The notes below the pieces were generated by a model, which was not told the origin of the DNA, made no database searches, and saw only the letters and a program-made list of their open reading frames with translations. The translations under genes and the position numbers were made by a program. Of a DNA stretch of 64,000 nucleotides, positions 27,980 through 38,700 are shown in pieces (positions within the stretch are counted from its first letter, which is position 1; every line of letters begins with the position of its first letter). This stretch comes from Candidatus Omnitrophota bacterium (lineage in GTDB: Bacteria > Omnitrophota > Omnitrophia > Omnitrophales > Aquincolibacteriaceae). Where the stretch lies: NCBI GenBank assembly GCA_030698625.1, contig JAUYMS010000041.1, positions 11,314-75,313 on the forward strand. The letters are read 5' to 3'.

Positions 27980-28752
27980 GAGCGGTCTCCCAAAAAACCG
28001 GCATCAAGAACTTCCCCGACAATCTCGGCCATGCGCGCAGCCAGCGGAACCATCCGCGAATATCGCAGCCTGCGGGGGCCTACGATCGCAAGGGTGCCTA
28101 TTGTTGTGTCGTCGACTCCGTAAGGTGTGCAAATCACGGAGCATTCGCGCAGCGCGTCGTGATCGTTCTCTTCACCGATGAAAACAGACACTGTCCCGTG
28201 GGTCCCATCTTTGCCCTGCAGCCAGGACATAAGCTCCTGACGGCTTTCGATGGCACTCAGCAAATTCCGCAGCTTATCGAGGTCACGGAATTCGGGCTTA
28301 TCCAGCATGGTCACAGACCCCTGAACGTAAAGACGCAGTCTGTTACCCTGGTCCGGAAACACCACCATACCGATCTCCCGGGCCAATGCCGAAAGTGTGC
28401 GGGAAGCCTCTTCGGCTACCCTTTCAGGCTCCTCCATCTGCTCGGAAGCCTTCTCGAGATCCGCGCGAACCCGCTCAAAAAAGTCGACAGGAAAGTCATC
28501 CTCTTGCATCGTATGATCAACATAATAGCGGTATCCAAGATCGGTCGGGACCCTGCCCGAAGAGGTATGGGGGTGCATGAGGTACCCGTCTTCCTCGAGC
28601 AGGCCCATCTCGTGGCGAATGGTCGCGCTAGAGCAGGACACACGGTACCTCTCCGCCATAAATCGCGAGCCCACCGGTTGGGCTGTCTCAATATGGGTCT
28701 CTACGACATTGCTTAGGATGGCTTGCTGCCTAGAGGTCAGAGAGTGAGTCAT
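27976..28752 (-). CDS. hrcA: Heat-inducible transcription repressor HrcA (short form)
   Basis: RQ..IL..VVE..I.TA.PVGS, SSATIR.EM..LE..GYL..PHTSSGRVPTD.GYRYYVD, GPRR..Y. Confidence 0.93.
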   Translation of the reverse strand: MTHSLTSRQQAILSNVVETHIETAQPVGSRFMAERYRVSCSSATIRHEMGLLEEDGYLMHPHTSSGRVPTDLGYRYYVDHTMQEDDFPVDFFERVRADLEKASEQMEEPERVAEEASRTLSALAREIGMVVFPDQGNRLRLYVQGSVTMLDKPEFRDLDKLRNLLSAIESRQELMSWLQGKDGTHGTVSVFIGEENDHDALRECSVICTPYGVDDTTIGTLAIVGPRRLRYSRMVPLAARMAEIVGEVLDAGFLGDRS

Positions 28753-28816
28753 AAGAAGACGTATGATACCAAAAAAGGCGGGTTAACTCAACCACCAGGG
28801 ATAGAACGGGGTAAAA

Positions 28817-30184
28817 CTATATTCTGGAGGTATTTAGCAGCGCCTGGGCATCGATCTTATTCTGGCGGAAGAGTTCCAGGTCGTCACGCCCGAAGATCCG
28901 CTGTTCGGTCTCCTGGGGCAGGGTCAGGCTGAGATAGTCATAATCACCGAAATGATAGCTCCTGAGAACATCGACAAACTCGCGGTAAATCAGGCTCAGG
29001 AGGTAAATCATGTCCTCATGGAAGAGCAGGGATTCACGGCTGTAGTTGTTGAAATCACGAAGTGCGACCGATTTGAAATCCAGTGAGAAACTCGGAGCTT
29101 TGTCCTCGATACCCTCATATTCCAGGGCCAGTCTCACCTCGCGGAAGGTATGCTGAATGCGCTCATCGACGGCCACGAGCGTTTGAATGCGCCGCGTAAG
29201 CTGTTGGGCCAGAAAAACCCCGACCTGGATATCCTCGGCTTTGAATTCCTCATCCCAGGATTCGAAGCTCTTTTCCATCTGGATTTCACGCGGGAAAGGT
29301 ATCTTCTTGAAATTCCCCCATTCGTCAAAAAACTGGAAGGGAATGATGCGGCTGATCATCGGCCTTTCCTTGTTGAAAGATACCATAGCCAGATACTGGG
29401 CTTGGGCGGGATCCTCGATGAGGTCAGCGCCTTCAAGCGTGGGCCGGGCCTTAACATGAACGATCACTTCCGACTGCTGCAGCTGCGTGCTGCGCATGTC
29501 TAAGACTTCCCACTGAACTTTTGCCGGTGATCCTTCACCGGCCTGAACCGTATTAAAAAACACGCCTTCAAGTGCGGCCTCAGTCACGGCCGGGTCGAAA
29601 TATTTGACCCGAATATCCTTAAGCGTGGACTGGTTCAGATCCGCAAATAACTGCCGAATGGGCTTGTGCCAAACAACGGCGCGGTTCTGTTTCATTTCGT
29701 AAATGACGCGCTTACGATATTCGTCGCGCGAGATATCCCAAATCCTCACCCGCTTCACATCATCCACATAGCCTTTAAGCACCAACTGCAGGCCGGTCCG
29801 TTCCACATCGGTCGCCTGCAGAATATAAAATTTGATATCGCGGTCGGTACTGAGCAATACACGCGAAATGGTAAAGAGCACATCCTCGACTTTGTCCATA
29901 GCCTCCGGCGAAGGCTCAAAGAGCGTCTCAAGATTTCGCACTTTCCCGGCAACTAGAGACTCTTTGAAGTCGGCGGCAAACAGCTTCTCGAGCGGAAGAT
30001 AGACACCGATCGTATGGCCGACAATTTTGACGTCAACGTTGTCGACATGGTACTCATCGCGGCAGATCTTTAGGATGGATTCTTTGAGTTGGTCACCCGG
30101 GTAGGACTTGCTGGAACAACCTGCCGCCGCTACCGCCACGATAAGCAGCAACAAAGCCGGTTTGAGGGGCGCGGTGATTCTCAT
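28817..30184 (-). CDS. Hypothetical lipoprotein
   Basis: Lipobox AAG-C; the start overlaps the FtsH-like stop (TGATG). Confidence 0.7.
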   Translation of the reverse strand: MRITAPLKPALLLLIVAVAAAGCSSKSYPGDQLKESILKICRDEYHVDNVDVKIVGHTIGVYLPLEKLFAADFKESLVAGKVRNLETLFEPSPEAMDKVEDVLFTISRVLLSTDRDIKFYILQATDVERTGLQLVLKGYVDDVKRVRIWDISRDEYRKRVIYEMKQNRAVVWHKPIRQLFADLNQSTLKDIRVKYFDPAVTEAALEGVFFNTVQAGEGSPAKVQWEVLDMRSTQLQQSEVIVHVKARPTLEGADLIEDPAQAQYLAMVSFNKERPMISRIIPFQFFDEWGNFKKIPFPREIQMEKSFESWDEEFKAEDIQVGVFLAQQLTRRIQTLVAVDERIQHTFREVRLALEYEGIEDKAPSFSLDFKSVALRDFNNYSRESLLFHEDMIYLLSLIYREFVDVLRSYHFGDYDYLSLTLPQETEQRIFGRDDLELFRQNKIDAQALLNTSRI

Positions 30185-31866
30185 CAGTTTTGTTCGGGAG
30201 TCGCCGGCGGTGAACCGGCTTCTTCCTTTTTCTCCTCGGCGGAAGTTCCGAACTTACGAGGGTTGGCCTTGCCGTATTCGGCGAAGATAGCCTCGATTTG
30301 ATCGTAATCAAGCTCCTGCTGGGTCAACAGTTCATGCGCAAAGCGTTCAAAAATGGCGTTGTCGTCCTTGAGGAGTGCATCAACTTCCTTAACGCAAGTA
30401 TCGATAACGTCACGCGTGTCATTATTGAGTTGATTGATCATCTCGTTAGAAAGTTGCTCCTTCGGAATAACGGTATAGTCCCCCACAAGACCGCTGGCGC
30501 CCATACCGCATTGCCACACCATATAATGAGCAAGTCCCATCGCCTTCTTGAAATCGGAGGATACGCCGCTGGTTGAGGTCTTATACTTGGCCTTTTCACC
30601 GCAATAGCCCGCAACGCATACTTTGATATCTGCCAAGAGGGATTCGCGGTCGTAACTGTGCCACTCTTCGACCGGAGTCGGATGCACAACACCTAAACTT
30701 GACTTTCTCGGGATGATGGATGCCTTAAAAACGTCATTGCGAGGATGCAATAAAAAAGTCGCCAGCAGATGACCGGTTTCGTGATAGGCGGTCATTTCTC
30801 TTTCGCGAACGTTCATCGTAATGCGGTTCTTCGTACCGAGATCGATACGCTCGATCGCTTCTGAGAGCTCCTTGCTCGTCACGACGCCCATACCTCGGCG
30901 CGTAGCAATCAGGGCTGATTCCTTAATGATATTTTCGATATCGGCCGGCGTCTTATCGACGGCTTTTCGCGCCAAGCGTTTCACATCGACAGAGCCGTCA
31001 TGTTTCACCTTCTTCAGATAAAATTCAAAGATGGCCTCGCGATTTTCGAGTCCCGGTTTGGTGATATAAATTTTTCGGTCAAAACGGCCGGGTCGTAGAA
31101 GCGCGGGATCGAGTAAGTCTTCATTAGCGTTCGTTGCGCCGATCATAATGACATTTGCTGCTTTGCCGGTCAAACCGTCCATCTCAACCAGGAGCTGATT
31201 CTGAGTGGTATTGGACTCACCGCTGCCGAACTGATTAAACGTGCGGCGGCTTCCCAAGGCATCCAACTCGTCGATGAAAATCACACAACCGCCGAAACCG
31301 TCAGCCATCGCGCGCGCCTTCTTGAAGAGGCTGCGCACACGGCTGGCACCGACACCGACGAAAACCTCGTTGAACTCACTGGCCGCCATCGACAGAAAGG
31401 GAAGCCTTGCCTCGGTCGCAATCGCCTTGGCCAAATAGGTCTTACCGCAGCCCGGGGGACCAAGCATGAGAATTCCGCGAATAATCTTACCGCCGATTTG
31501 CTTTATACGGGTATGGTCTTTAATCAGGTCTACGACTTCCTTCGACTCCATTTTGGCATCATCCAAACCGATCACATCATCAAAATTGACATTCACGTCT
31601 TTGGCATTGATGTTCTTCTTGTCCATCTTTGAAAAACCGCCGCGCAAGACCATCATGTACATGTAGACGAAAACCACGCTGTTTACGAGAACCAGGAGGA
31701 TGGAAATCGGCATCTGAGCGAGGGTAATATTGCGGTAGTAGCTCTCAAGCGACATCATCCCGTAGACGGAAAGCACGATGAGGATCAAGACACCCATGAT
31801 GATTAGAATCTTGACCCTGTGATTCAGAAAATGCATTCTCACCAACCGATAATTAATCATGTCCAT
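30184..31866 (-). CDS. ftsH: FtsH-like membrane AAA+ zinc metalloprotease
   Basis: Two N-terminal TMs, Walker A GPPGCGKT, pore FVGVG, IFIDELDA, LLRPGRFDR, HETGH. Confidence 0.85.
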   Translation of the reverse strand: MDMINYRLVRMHFLNHRVKILIIMGVLILIVLSVYGMMSLESYYRNITLAQMPISILLVLVNSVVFVYMYMMVLRGGFSKMDKKNINAKDVNVNFDDVIGLDDAKMESKEVVDLIKDHTRIKQIGGKIIRGILMLGPPGCGKTYLAKAIATEARLPFLSMAASEFNEVFVGVGASRVRSLFKKARAMADGFGGCVIFIDELDALGSRRTFNQFGSGESNTTQNQLLVEMDGLTGKAANVIMIGATNANEDLLDPALLRPGRFDRKIYITKPGLENREAIFEFYLKKVKHDGSVDVKRLARKAVDKTPADIENIIKESALIATRRGMGVVTSKELSEAIERIDLGTKNRITMNVREREMTAYHETGHLLATFLLHPRNDVFKASIIPRKSSLGVVHPTPVEEWHSYDRESLLADIKVCVAGYCGEKAKYKTSTSGVSSDFKKAMGLAHYMVWQCGMGASGLVGDYTVIPKEQLSNEMINQLNNDTRDVIDTCVKEVDALLKDDNAIFERFAHELLTQQELDYDQIEAIFAEYGKANPRKFGTSAEEKKEEAGSPPATPEQN

Positions 31867-32026
31867 CTCCTATCTTATTATGACACAACGATTTAAGCGC
31901 CCTTCGCAAGGACACCAACTCTATAATACCATAACTTATGGTAAAAACACCTGTCAACTCGGCAGATTCACCTCTTACCTTACGGCCTCAAGTCCTTTAT
32001 TCTTAAAGACATAATTGCCGTTCAGT

Positions 32027-32485
32027 TTACCACGAATCCAACGAATCCTGCTTAAATTCGGAGTCCGCCTGCCCTTTATCGGCCGAGGAATCGTCCCAAT
32101 CCTCTCCCCACCAGCTGGCGTCAAATGCCTCTTCCTGCACCTCCCCAAACTCTTGAGGAAGGAGATCTTCGACCTCCGGCAACATCACCCCGTCATCATC
32201 CAGCCTTTTGTACTTACTGTCCATCGGCGGATCCACGAAGAAATTGATCTTTGAATAGATCACGTAAGACGGCGACGGAGGCCCTTTGACACCGTCTTTT
32301 AGCTCTTCCATCTTCTTCTTATAGGATATGGGATTGGTTTGAGTTTTGAGAATCGGGTCGTCGTCTTTCCGGACGGTTGCGAGGTTAGTTAACATTACCA
32401 CGATAAGTAATCCCTGTACTAGCCAAAAACCAGCGTGTTTTATGTCGTTAGTGATTGCTATAAAAACCGGAGTATTTTTCACCAT
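32027..32485 (-). CDS. Hypothetical membrane-anchored protein with an acidic C-terminus
   Basis: Single hydrophobic segment and D/E/W-rich tail; start uncertain. Confidence 0.5.
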   Translation of the reverse strand: MVKNTPVFIAITNDIKHAGFWLVQGLLIVVMLTNLATVRKDDDPILKTQTNPISYKKKMEELKDGVKGPPSPSYVIYSKINFFVDPPMDSKYKRLDDDGVMLPEVEDLLPQEFGEVQEEAFDASWWGEDWDDSSADKGQADSEFKQDSLDSW

Positions 32486-32539
32486 ATAAAAAAGAGATAA
32501 AATCCATCCCCACAAGATTACATGCTCTATCAGGAAATA

Positions 32540-35344
32540 TCAAATATATGTCGCTTTTGGGGCCCCAGCTCGTCTTTTGTATTCCTTTAAATATTGACCA
32601 GTAAAAGAGTTGGGGCAATTCTCCAAACCGGCCAACGGCCCTGAGTAAACCAAATGCCCGCCGCCGTCGCCCCCTTCCGGCCCCAGATCGATCACGAAAT
32701 CCGCCGATCGGATCACTTCCATATTGTGTTCGATAATTAAAAGCGAGTGTCCCCGTTCGAGAAGCTCGTCGAGAGCCTGCATGAGATACTGAATGTCATG
32801 ATAATGCAGGCCGGATGTCGGCTCATCGAAAAGGTAAAGGATGTGATTAGCTGTCTGCTGTGTCATCTCAAAGGCAATCTTGAGTCTTTGTGCTTCACCT
32901 CCGGATAATGTCGTTGCCGATTGCCCAAGCCTTAGATAACCGAGCCCCACTTTTTGTAATATCTCGAGCCTCTCGATAAGCAAGCGCTCACGGGAAAAGA
33001 AAGCAGCGGCTTCATCGATGGTCATCGCCAAGACATCATCGATATTCTTTCCTTCGTATTTAATCTCTAAGACCTCCGGACGAAAACGCTTTCCTTCGCA
33101 TTCCTCACAGCGCACGAAGACATCCGCCAGAAAATGCATCTCGACTTTGATCTGCCCTTCTCCTTTGCACCGCGCACAGCGGCCCCCATCGACATTAAAG
33201 GAAAAGTGACTTGCAGTAAAACCCTCACGCTGCGACTCGCAGGTCCGGCCGAAAAGTTTTCTGATTTCATCGAAAGCTTTCATGTAGGTAACGGGATTTG
33301 AACGCGGCGTACGGCCGATCGGAGATTGATCAATCAGGCCTATCTGGTCGACGTTTTCAAAGCCGTCTACAGAATCGACTTTGCCGAGATCCTGCACCGG
33401 CTTTCCCTGAAATCTTAAGAAGTGATGATAAAGCACATCGTAGAGCAGTGTGCTTTTGCCGGAACCCGAAACGCCCGTCAGAACGACCATTTCCTGCAAA
33501 GGAATTTCCACATTGAGGTCTTTGAGGTTGTGTTCCCTTGCGCCCCGAATACGAATGGATCCCCCTAGGGTCTTCGGCTGCTTCCGCTTGCTGCGGCTAA
33601 CCGCGAGTTCTCCCGACAGGTACCGGCCCGTCAGAGACCCCTCTATATTCGCCAGCTTTTCAATGGGGCCCTGGAACAGCACTCTCCCGCCGTTCTCTCC
33701 GCCTGCCGGGCCCATATCCAGGACTTCGTCGGCAGCTTCGATCATAGTGCGATCATGCTCCACGACCACAACGGTATTCCCTAAATCGCGCAATTGTTTA
33801 AGTTGGCGAATCAGCAACCCATTGTCGCGTTCGTGCAGTCCGATACTCGGCTCATCCAATACGTACAGGGTATCCACGAGCGCCGACCCGAGAGAAGTTG
33901 CCAGATGAATTCTCTGCAGCTCTCCGCCCGAAAGCGTTCTCGATAGGCGCGCAAGGCTCAAATACCCCAAACCGATGCGGTCCAGAAACTCGATTCGTTT
34001 CTTGATCTCCAAATAAACCGGCTCCACCCTTTCGCGCTCCGGGCCCTTCAGCGCCGTCTCGACCTTCTGAAAGTATTCCTTCCATCTTGCCACCGTCATG
34101 GTCATAAGATCGGCAATATTGGTGCCTGCCACGCGAACACAGAGAGCTTCGGGCTTCAGGCGTGACTCGTGACATTCCGGGCACGGTTCGTAGCCGCGAT
34201 ATTTCGAAAGAAAAATGCGTACGTGCATCTTATAAGTCTTTGTGCCGAGATAGTCGAAGTAGTCCTTAACGCTGAAGTAGCCTTCTGTTTTAGGTGCACC
34301 GCGAAGAATGGATTCGCGATGCGCCGCACTTAAAGTGCGCCAGGAATCAGTAACGGAGATTTTCTTCTTTTTACAAAACGCCAGGAGCTGTTCAAAGTGC
34401 CACGCCGCGCTTGGCTTGGTCCACGGCTCTATGACCCCTTCGATAATGGATTTCCCTTCGTCGGGGATAATCAAATTCCAGTCGAGCGTGATCGTTCGCC
34501 CAAATCCCTGGCAAAGACCACATGCCCCCAGCGGGCTATTAAAGGAAAAGAGATTCGGCACGGGTTCCCGGAAAGCCTTCCCGCAATCCGAACACCTCAG
34601 GCCTTCGGAATACTGGAGAAGTTTGTCGGGAGTCTTCACCTGAATGGTCCCCTGCCCATAACGAAAGGCAAGCTCCAGGGAATCGACTAAGCGCTTCTTT
34701 TTGGCGGAATCTACTTTGAGACGGTCAGCGCAAACCGCTAGGCGGTCTGAGAGTGATTTCTGATGCTTAAGCACGCCTTCAGCATCAACCACTTTTCCCC
34801 GCACGAAGTATTCGACAAAGCCCTGCTTATCAAGCTCGGGAAGGAATTCTTTCAGGTACCGATTTCCTTTTTTTGCCAAGGGAAGTTCAAAGAGGATAAC
34901 AACTTCATGGCCCCTTTGAGAGCTGAGCAATTGATTGGCAATTGACGCGGGGTTGTGGGCAGTGACTTCGGACCCGCAATCGGGGCAATAGATCCGACCG
35001 GCGCGCGCAAAGAAGAGACGCAGGTAGTCGTTGATCTCGGTCTGTGTCCCCACCGTGGATCGGGCATTCGTAATGGAATTTTTTGACTGAATGGCAATAG
35101 CAGGCGGGATCCCGCTGACGCCCTCGATATCGGGCTTTTCCATGCGCTCAAGAAATTGACGAGCATAAGATGACAGCGATTCCACATAACGTCGCTGCCC
35201 TTCGGCATAAAGGGTATCAAAGGCAAGAGACGACTTTCCCGAACCAGAAACACCCGTGATTACATAAAGCTTACGGTGCGGAAGGATTAGGTCGAATCCC
35301 TTAAGATTGTGGGTTCTGACACCCCGGAGGAAAATGGCGTCCAT
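32540..35344 (-). CDS. uvrA: Excinuclease ABC subunit A
   Basis: Two ABC modules (GVSGSGKSSLAFDTLYAEGQRRY; GVSGSGKSTL), zinc-finger Cys motifs, LSGGE signatures. Confidence 0.96.
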   Translation of the reverse strand: MDAIFLRGVRTHNLKGFDLILPHRKLYVITGVSGSGKSSLAFDTLYAEGQRRYVESLSSYARQFLERMEKPDIEGVSGIPPAIAIQSKNSITNARSTVGTQTEINDYLRLFFARAGRIYCPDCGSEVTAHNPASIANQLLSSQRGHEVVILFELPLAKKGNRYLKEFLPELDKQGFVEYFVRGKVVDAEGVLKHQKSLSDRLAVCADRLKVDSAKKKRLVDSLELAFRYGQGTIQVKTPDKLLQYSEGLRCSDCGKAFREPVPNLFSFNSPLGACGLCQGFGRTITLDWNLIIPDEGKSIIEGVIEPWTKPSAAWHFEQLLAFCKKKKISVTDSWRTLSAAHRESILRGAPKTEGYFSVKDYFDYLGTKTYKMHVRIFLSKYRGYEPCPECHESRLKPEALCVRVAGTNIADLMTMTVARWKEYFQKVETALKGPERERVEPVYLEIKKRIEFLDRIGLGYLSLARLSRTLSGGELQRIHLATSLGSALVDTLYVLDEPSIGLHERDNGLLIRQLKQLRDLGNTVVVVEHDRTMIEAADEVLDMGPAGGENGGRVLFQGPIEKLANIEGSLTGRYLSGELAVSRSKRKQPKTLGGSIRIRGAREHNLKDLNVEIPLQEMVVLTGVSGSGKSTLLYDVLYHHFLRFQGKPVQDLGKVDSVDGFENVDQIGLIDQSPIGRTPRSNPVTYMKAFDEIRKLFGRTCESQREGFTASHFSFNVDGGRCARCKGEGQIKVEMHFLADVFVRCEECEGKRFRPEVLEIKYEGKNIDDVLAMTIDEAAAFFSRERLLIERLEILQKVGLGYLRLGQSATTLSGGEAQRLKIAFEMTQQTANHILYLFDEPTSGLHYHDIQYLMQALDELLERGHSLLIIEHNMEVIRSADFVIDLGPEGGDGGGHLVYSGPLAGLENCPNSFTGQYLKEYKRRAGAPKATYI

Positions 35345-35362
35345 CGTTCAAGGCGAAACCCG

Positions 35363-35767
35363 CTATAGTTCGCGGCTCACGTGAAAATTGATGGCTTCGA
35401 GCAACTTGCCGCCGCCTAGGACATGCTGAGATTGGGGCGCAAGCGTTACGACGGTAAATTTACTGGTATCCCGCGTCACCAGCACCGTAACGGAGCGTTG
35501 GTCGGCATCATCATAGGCACGGAACTGCGTGTTGTATACACGAAGAATCCCTTGGGTCTTTTCAGTCGACTCGAGTTCCCATCCATCCACCCCTTCGAGG
35601 GCCTCCATGGTCCTTAAGTAGGTCAGGTCATAGGGTAGCTCGTAGCGGAGTGCTTCAGCATTTGCCGGCAGAACCTTGCTCTGAACCTCGTTTCGGAGAG
35701 TCTGACAACCGGTGGCGGAGATGGACAGCATAAGTATTAATATGAATCCGGATCGAAGTTGCATCAA
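35363..35767 (-). CDS. Hypothetical lipoprotein
   Basis: Lipobox ATG-C; 134 aa. Confidence 0.65.
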   Translation of the reverse strand: MMQLRSGFILILMLSISATGCQTLRNEVQSKVLPANAEALRYELPYDLTYLRTMEALEGVDGWELESTEKTQGILRVYNTQFRAYDDADQRSVTVLVTRDTSKFTVVTLAPQSQHVLGGGKLLEAINFHVSREL

Positions 35768-35786
35768 GGGGGTTTCCTCCCGATTT

Positions 35787-38700
35787 TTAGAATTTACCCG
35801 TCAATCTCACAAACGGGCCGTGACTGTCAAAGTCAGTCTTCACACTTAGATCATCGTCAAAATCCGTGAAATTATAACCTAGTCCGACGCGAACGTAATC
35901 ATAAAACTCTCGGTCCACCTCGAGCAGGGTGCCGTGCTTTAGAGTACCGGCGGCCTCACTTTGCATGAGAATTCGGTATTCCAAGGCGATATCCCACTTC
36001 CGGGTCACGTGGACATTAAAGCGATTCACCCAAAGAAGCGTATCAATGACAATCTCATCGGTCACCGAGCTTGAAAAAATACCCTTCTTATAGGCCAGTT
36101 TTTCGACCAAACCCACGTATTTATGAAGGTCATAAGCCAAATCAACCGAAAGAATATGCGAACGCTCGTCAGTCGGCAACCCGGTAAACAGCCCCGTCGA
36201 GAACTGGATGTCATTGGCAATATTGTCCATATAGCTGTACTTGGTAAGCAAATTCAACTTGTCGTTGTCTACGGGGCGGTAAGCAAGCCCGACATTCATC
36301 TCGGTAAACGCCGCGCCGGTCTCATCCGGCTCAAGGAATCGTGACTTCCCGTAGTCCCAGTTGGCAAGGAAACTCAGGCTGTCAGAAATCTTATACTCGG
36401 CGCGATTGCGAATCACCCACTGCGAAAGCCGCGGGCTGTCCTGGTCACGACGATATTCCAGTGAAGCCCGAGCCCGAAATTTATCGGTGTCAGCATATTC
36501 AACGGCGCCGGCGATAGTATTAAAGGTGTTAGTACGCGTCAGTCCGGCATTGGCCTCCGCATCAAGCGCACGCGTCGTGCTGTTATCCAGATGCCGCCGT
36601 TCGAACTTCCATTCCACATTCCAACGATCTCCGATCTTGGTGTCGAGGCCGATGATGTCGCCATAGCCGTCAACACCGTCGTAGGTGGAGTGTTCGCGCT
36701 CGGAGTAAAAACGTGAGCGCTTGCTGATCGGAAAACTGCTGCCGACTGCGGTCGACAGACTCTTATGACCGATACCCCGGTCAAACATACGGATGTTGGC
36801 ATAACTGCGCACCCCTTCCGCGCGAATCTGCTCGAAACCGAAATAAGTAGAATCTCCGAGATTGCCGATCATTTGCTCAAGATACGCATAGAGGTCGTTG
36901 ACCATTTCATAACGCACACCGGCGCCGAGCTGGTGATTCGGTTTTCCGTCGAGGGTCGCCTGAAAACGCACATAGGGCAGGATGCGCTCGTTAAACTGGT
37001 ATCCGAGTTTACCGGCAACAACATTGCCCATGGGAGACTCCGAAAGCAAGCTTGGCGCAAGGGCCTCTTCGGCGGGCAGGTCGGTATAACGCCGCAGGTA
37101 CTCGGCTTCGGCAATCCATTTGGCATCACGGTAGTGAATCTGTGCCGTATGGGTCCTGAGATCTTTATAGGGCGCCACGATTCCGAGCGTCTCGGGCGTA
37201 CGCAACTGTGTGATGAGTTGGCTCTTATCCAAGCGGTAACGGACGGAGAGCTTCTCGTTAACTTTAAAACGCGCATCCAACCCGTACTTTTTGAAACCCT
37301 CCTGGGAACGAATCCGGTCGGTAGAAAATCCCGGATTCACGGCCTGGATGAAACCCGAAAGCTCCAATTGCTCGATGGGTTTAGATTCGGCCTTAATGAG
37401 CCAGGCATCCTCACGCTCATCCTGCCCCTTCAGCGGCGACAGTTCGGCGAAGCTGAGGCCGCCGTTATAAGAGACGGCCGTTTCCACCTGCTTGAGCCGT
37501 GTCTCGGCATACTCTGCCGTTACCTTGGTGTTGCGGCCGAGCTTGAGCGTGGCATCAAGGCCGCGCATATCGTAATCTACATTCTGGCGTTTCTCCTCAA
37601 CAAACGTACCGCCCAATTTTAAATGATCGCCAATGTGCGTATACCCCCGCAGACCGTGGTTATGATTTTCATGAACATTTAAACCCGCCTCGAACTCATA
37701 GTCGACCACCAGAAAGACCGGGCTCCCGTCAAGCAAATCGCCCGTCACCAGTGTATCGGAAGCGGCCACCGATGAGAGCGGCCGCGAAAGCATAATGCGC
37801 CCTTCGTCATAATCAATTTCGTAGTCGATCCCTTCCATTAAATCGTGACTATCTACGGAAATATTGCTGATCTTGTCGTGAATCTCCACACGGACTTTTT
37901 CGCTACCTTCGACGACACTTCGGTTTCGCAGGTAATAAAGAGAGCCGCCCGTGGCCGCGAATTCATTGTGATCTCCGCGCGTTGACGACTTATTCCAGAA
38001 AAGATCCATGGCGCGGTTCGGATCGCCGTAAACGGTGCTCCCCAGCGTCTCATAATGGGCCTTGAGGCCGGATAAAGTGCGGTTGTATGTGGCGAGCTCC
38101 GTGTCGGTGAAGTTTGTTTCAAAACTGCCCCATTTGACGTAGGAGCGATCCATTTCGATGAGGAGAAAAAGTTGTTGACGCGTACCCAGCCCTTCGTAAT
38201 CGCGTTCAGAATTATCTCCGTAGACCGGATAGTAGTCATCGGGATCCAGGTTCCGGAAAAATGCCGAACTGGCGCCGTCGGAATCGTAGCGCGACTTGAT
38301 CAGGAATTTCCCCTTCAATTTTCCTTTCAAATAGTAGGATAGGCGCCCTTCCTCATAGAAGCCCTGCTTGAACTCATCGTCGTGAACGGCCTTCTTGATA
38401 TTATCGCCGCCGAAGTTCACGCCCAGTTCTTCTTCGCCCAACCCCACCATGAAAAACATACTGTCCTTGACCGTAACTGTTTCGCGGTAGGTCGTTGTCT
38501 CACCGTCGGGCGTCGTGGCCCCCACGACGATCTCCTTGTCACCGGGACTCACATAGAATTCGATCTGGAAAAGGCCGCTCGAAGGGTCAACATCGACATG
38601 CTGCGTATTTATCGTTACGGAATTTTCGGGCAGTGTCTTACCGCGCACACGAACCGTGGGTTTCGCAACCAGCGGAATGGACTGTTTGCCGTCCTGAAAC

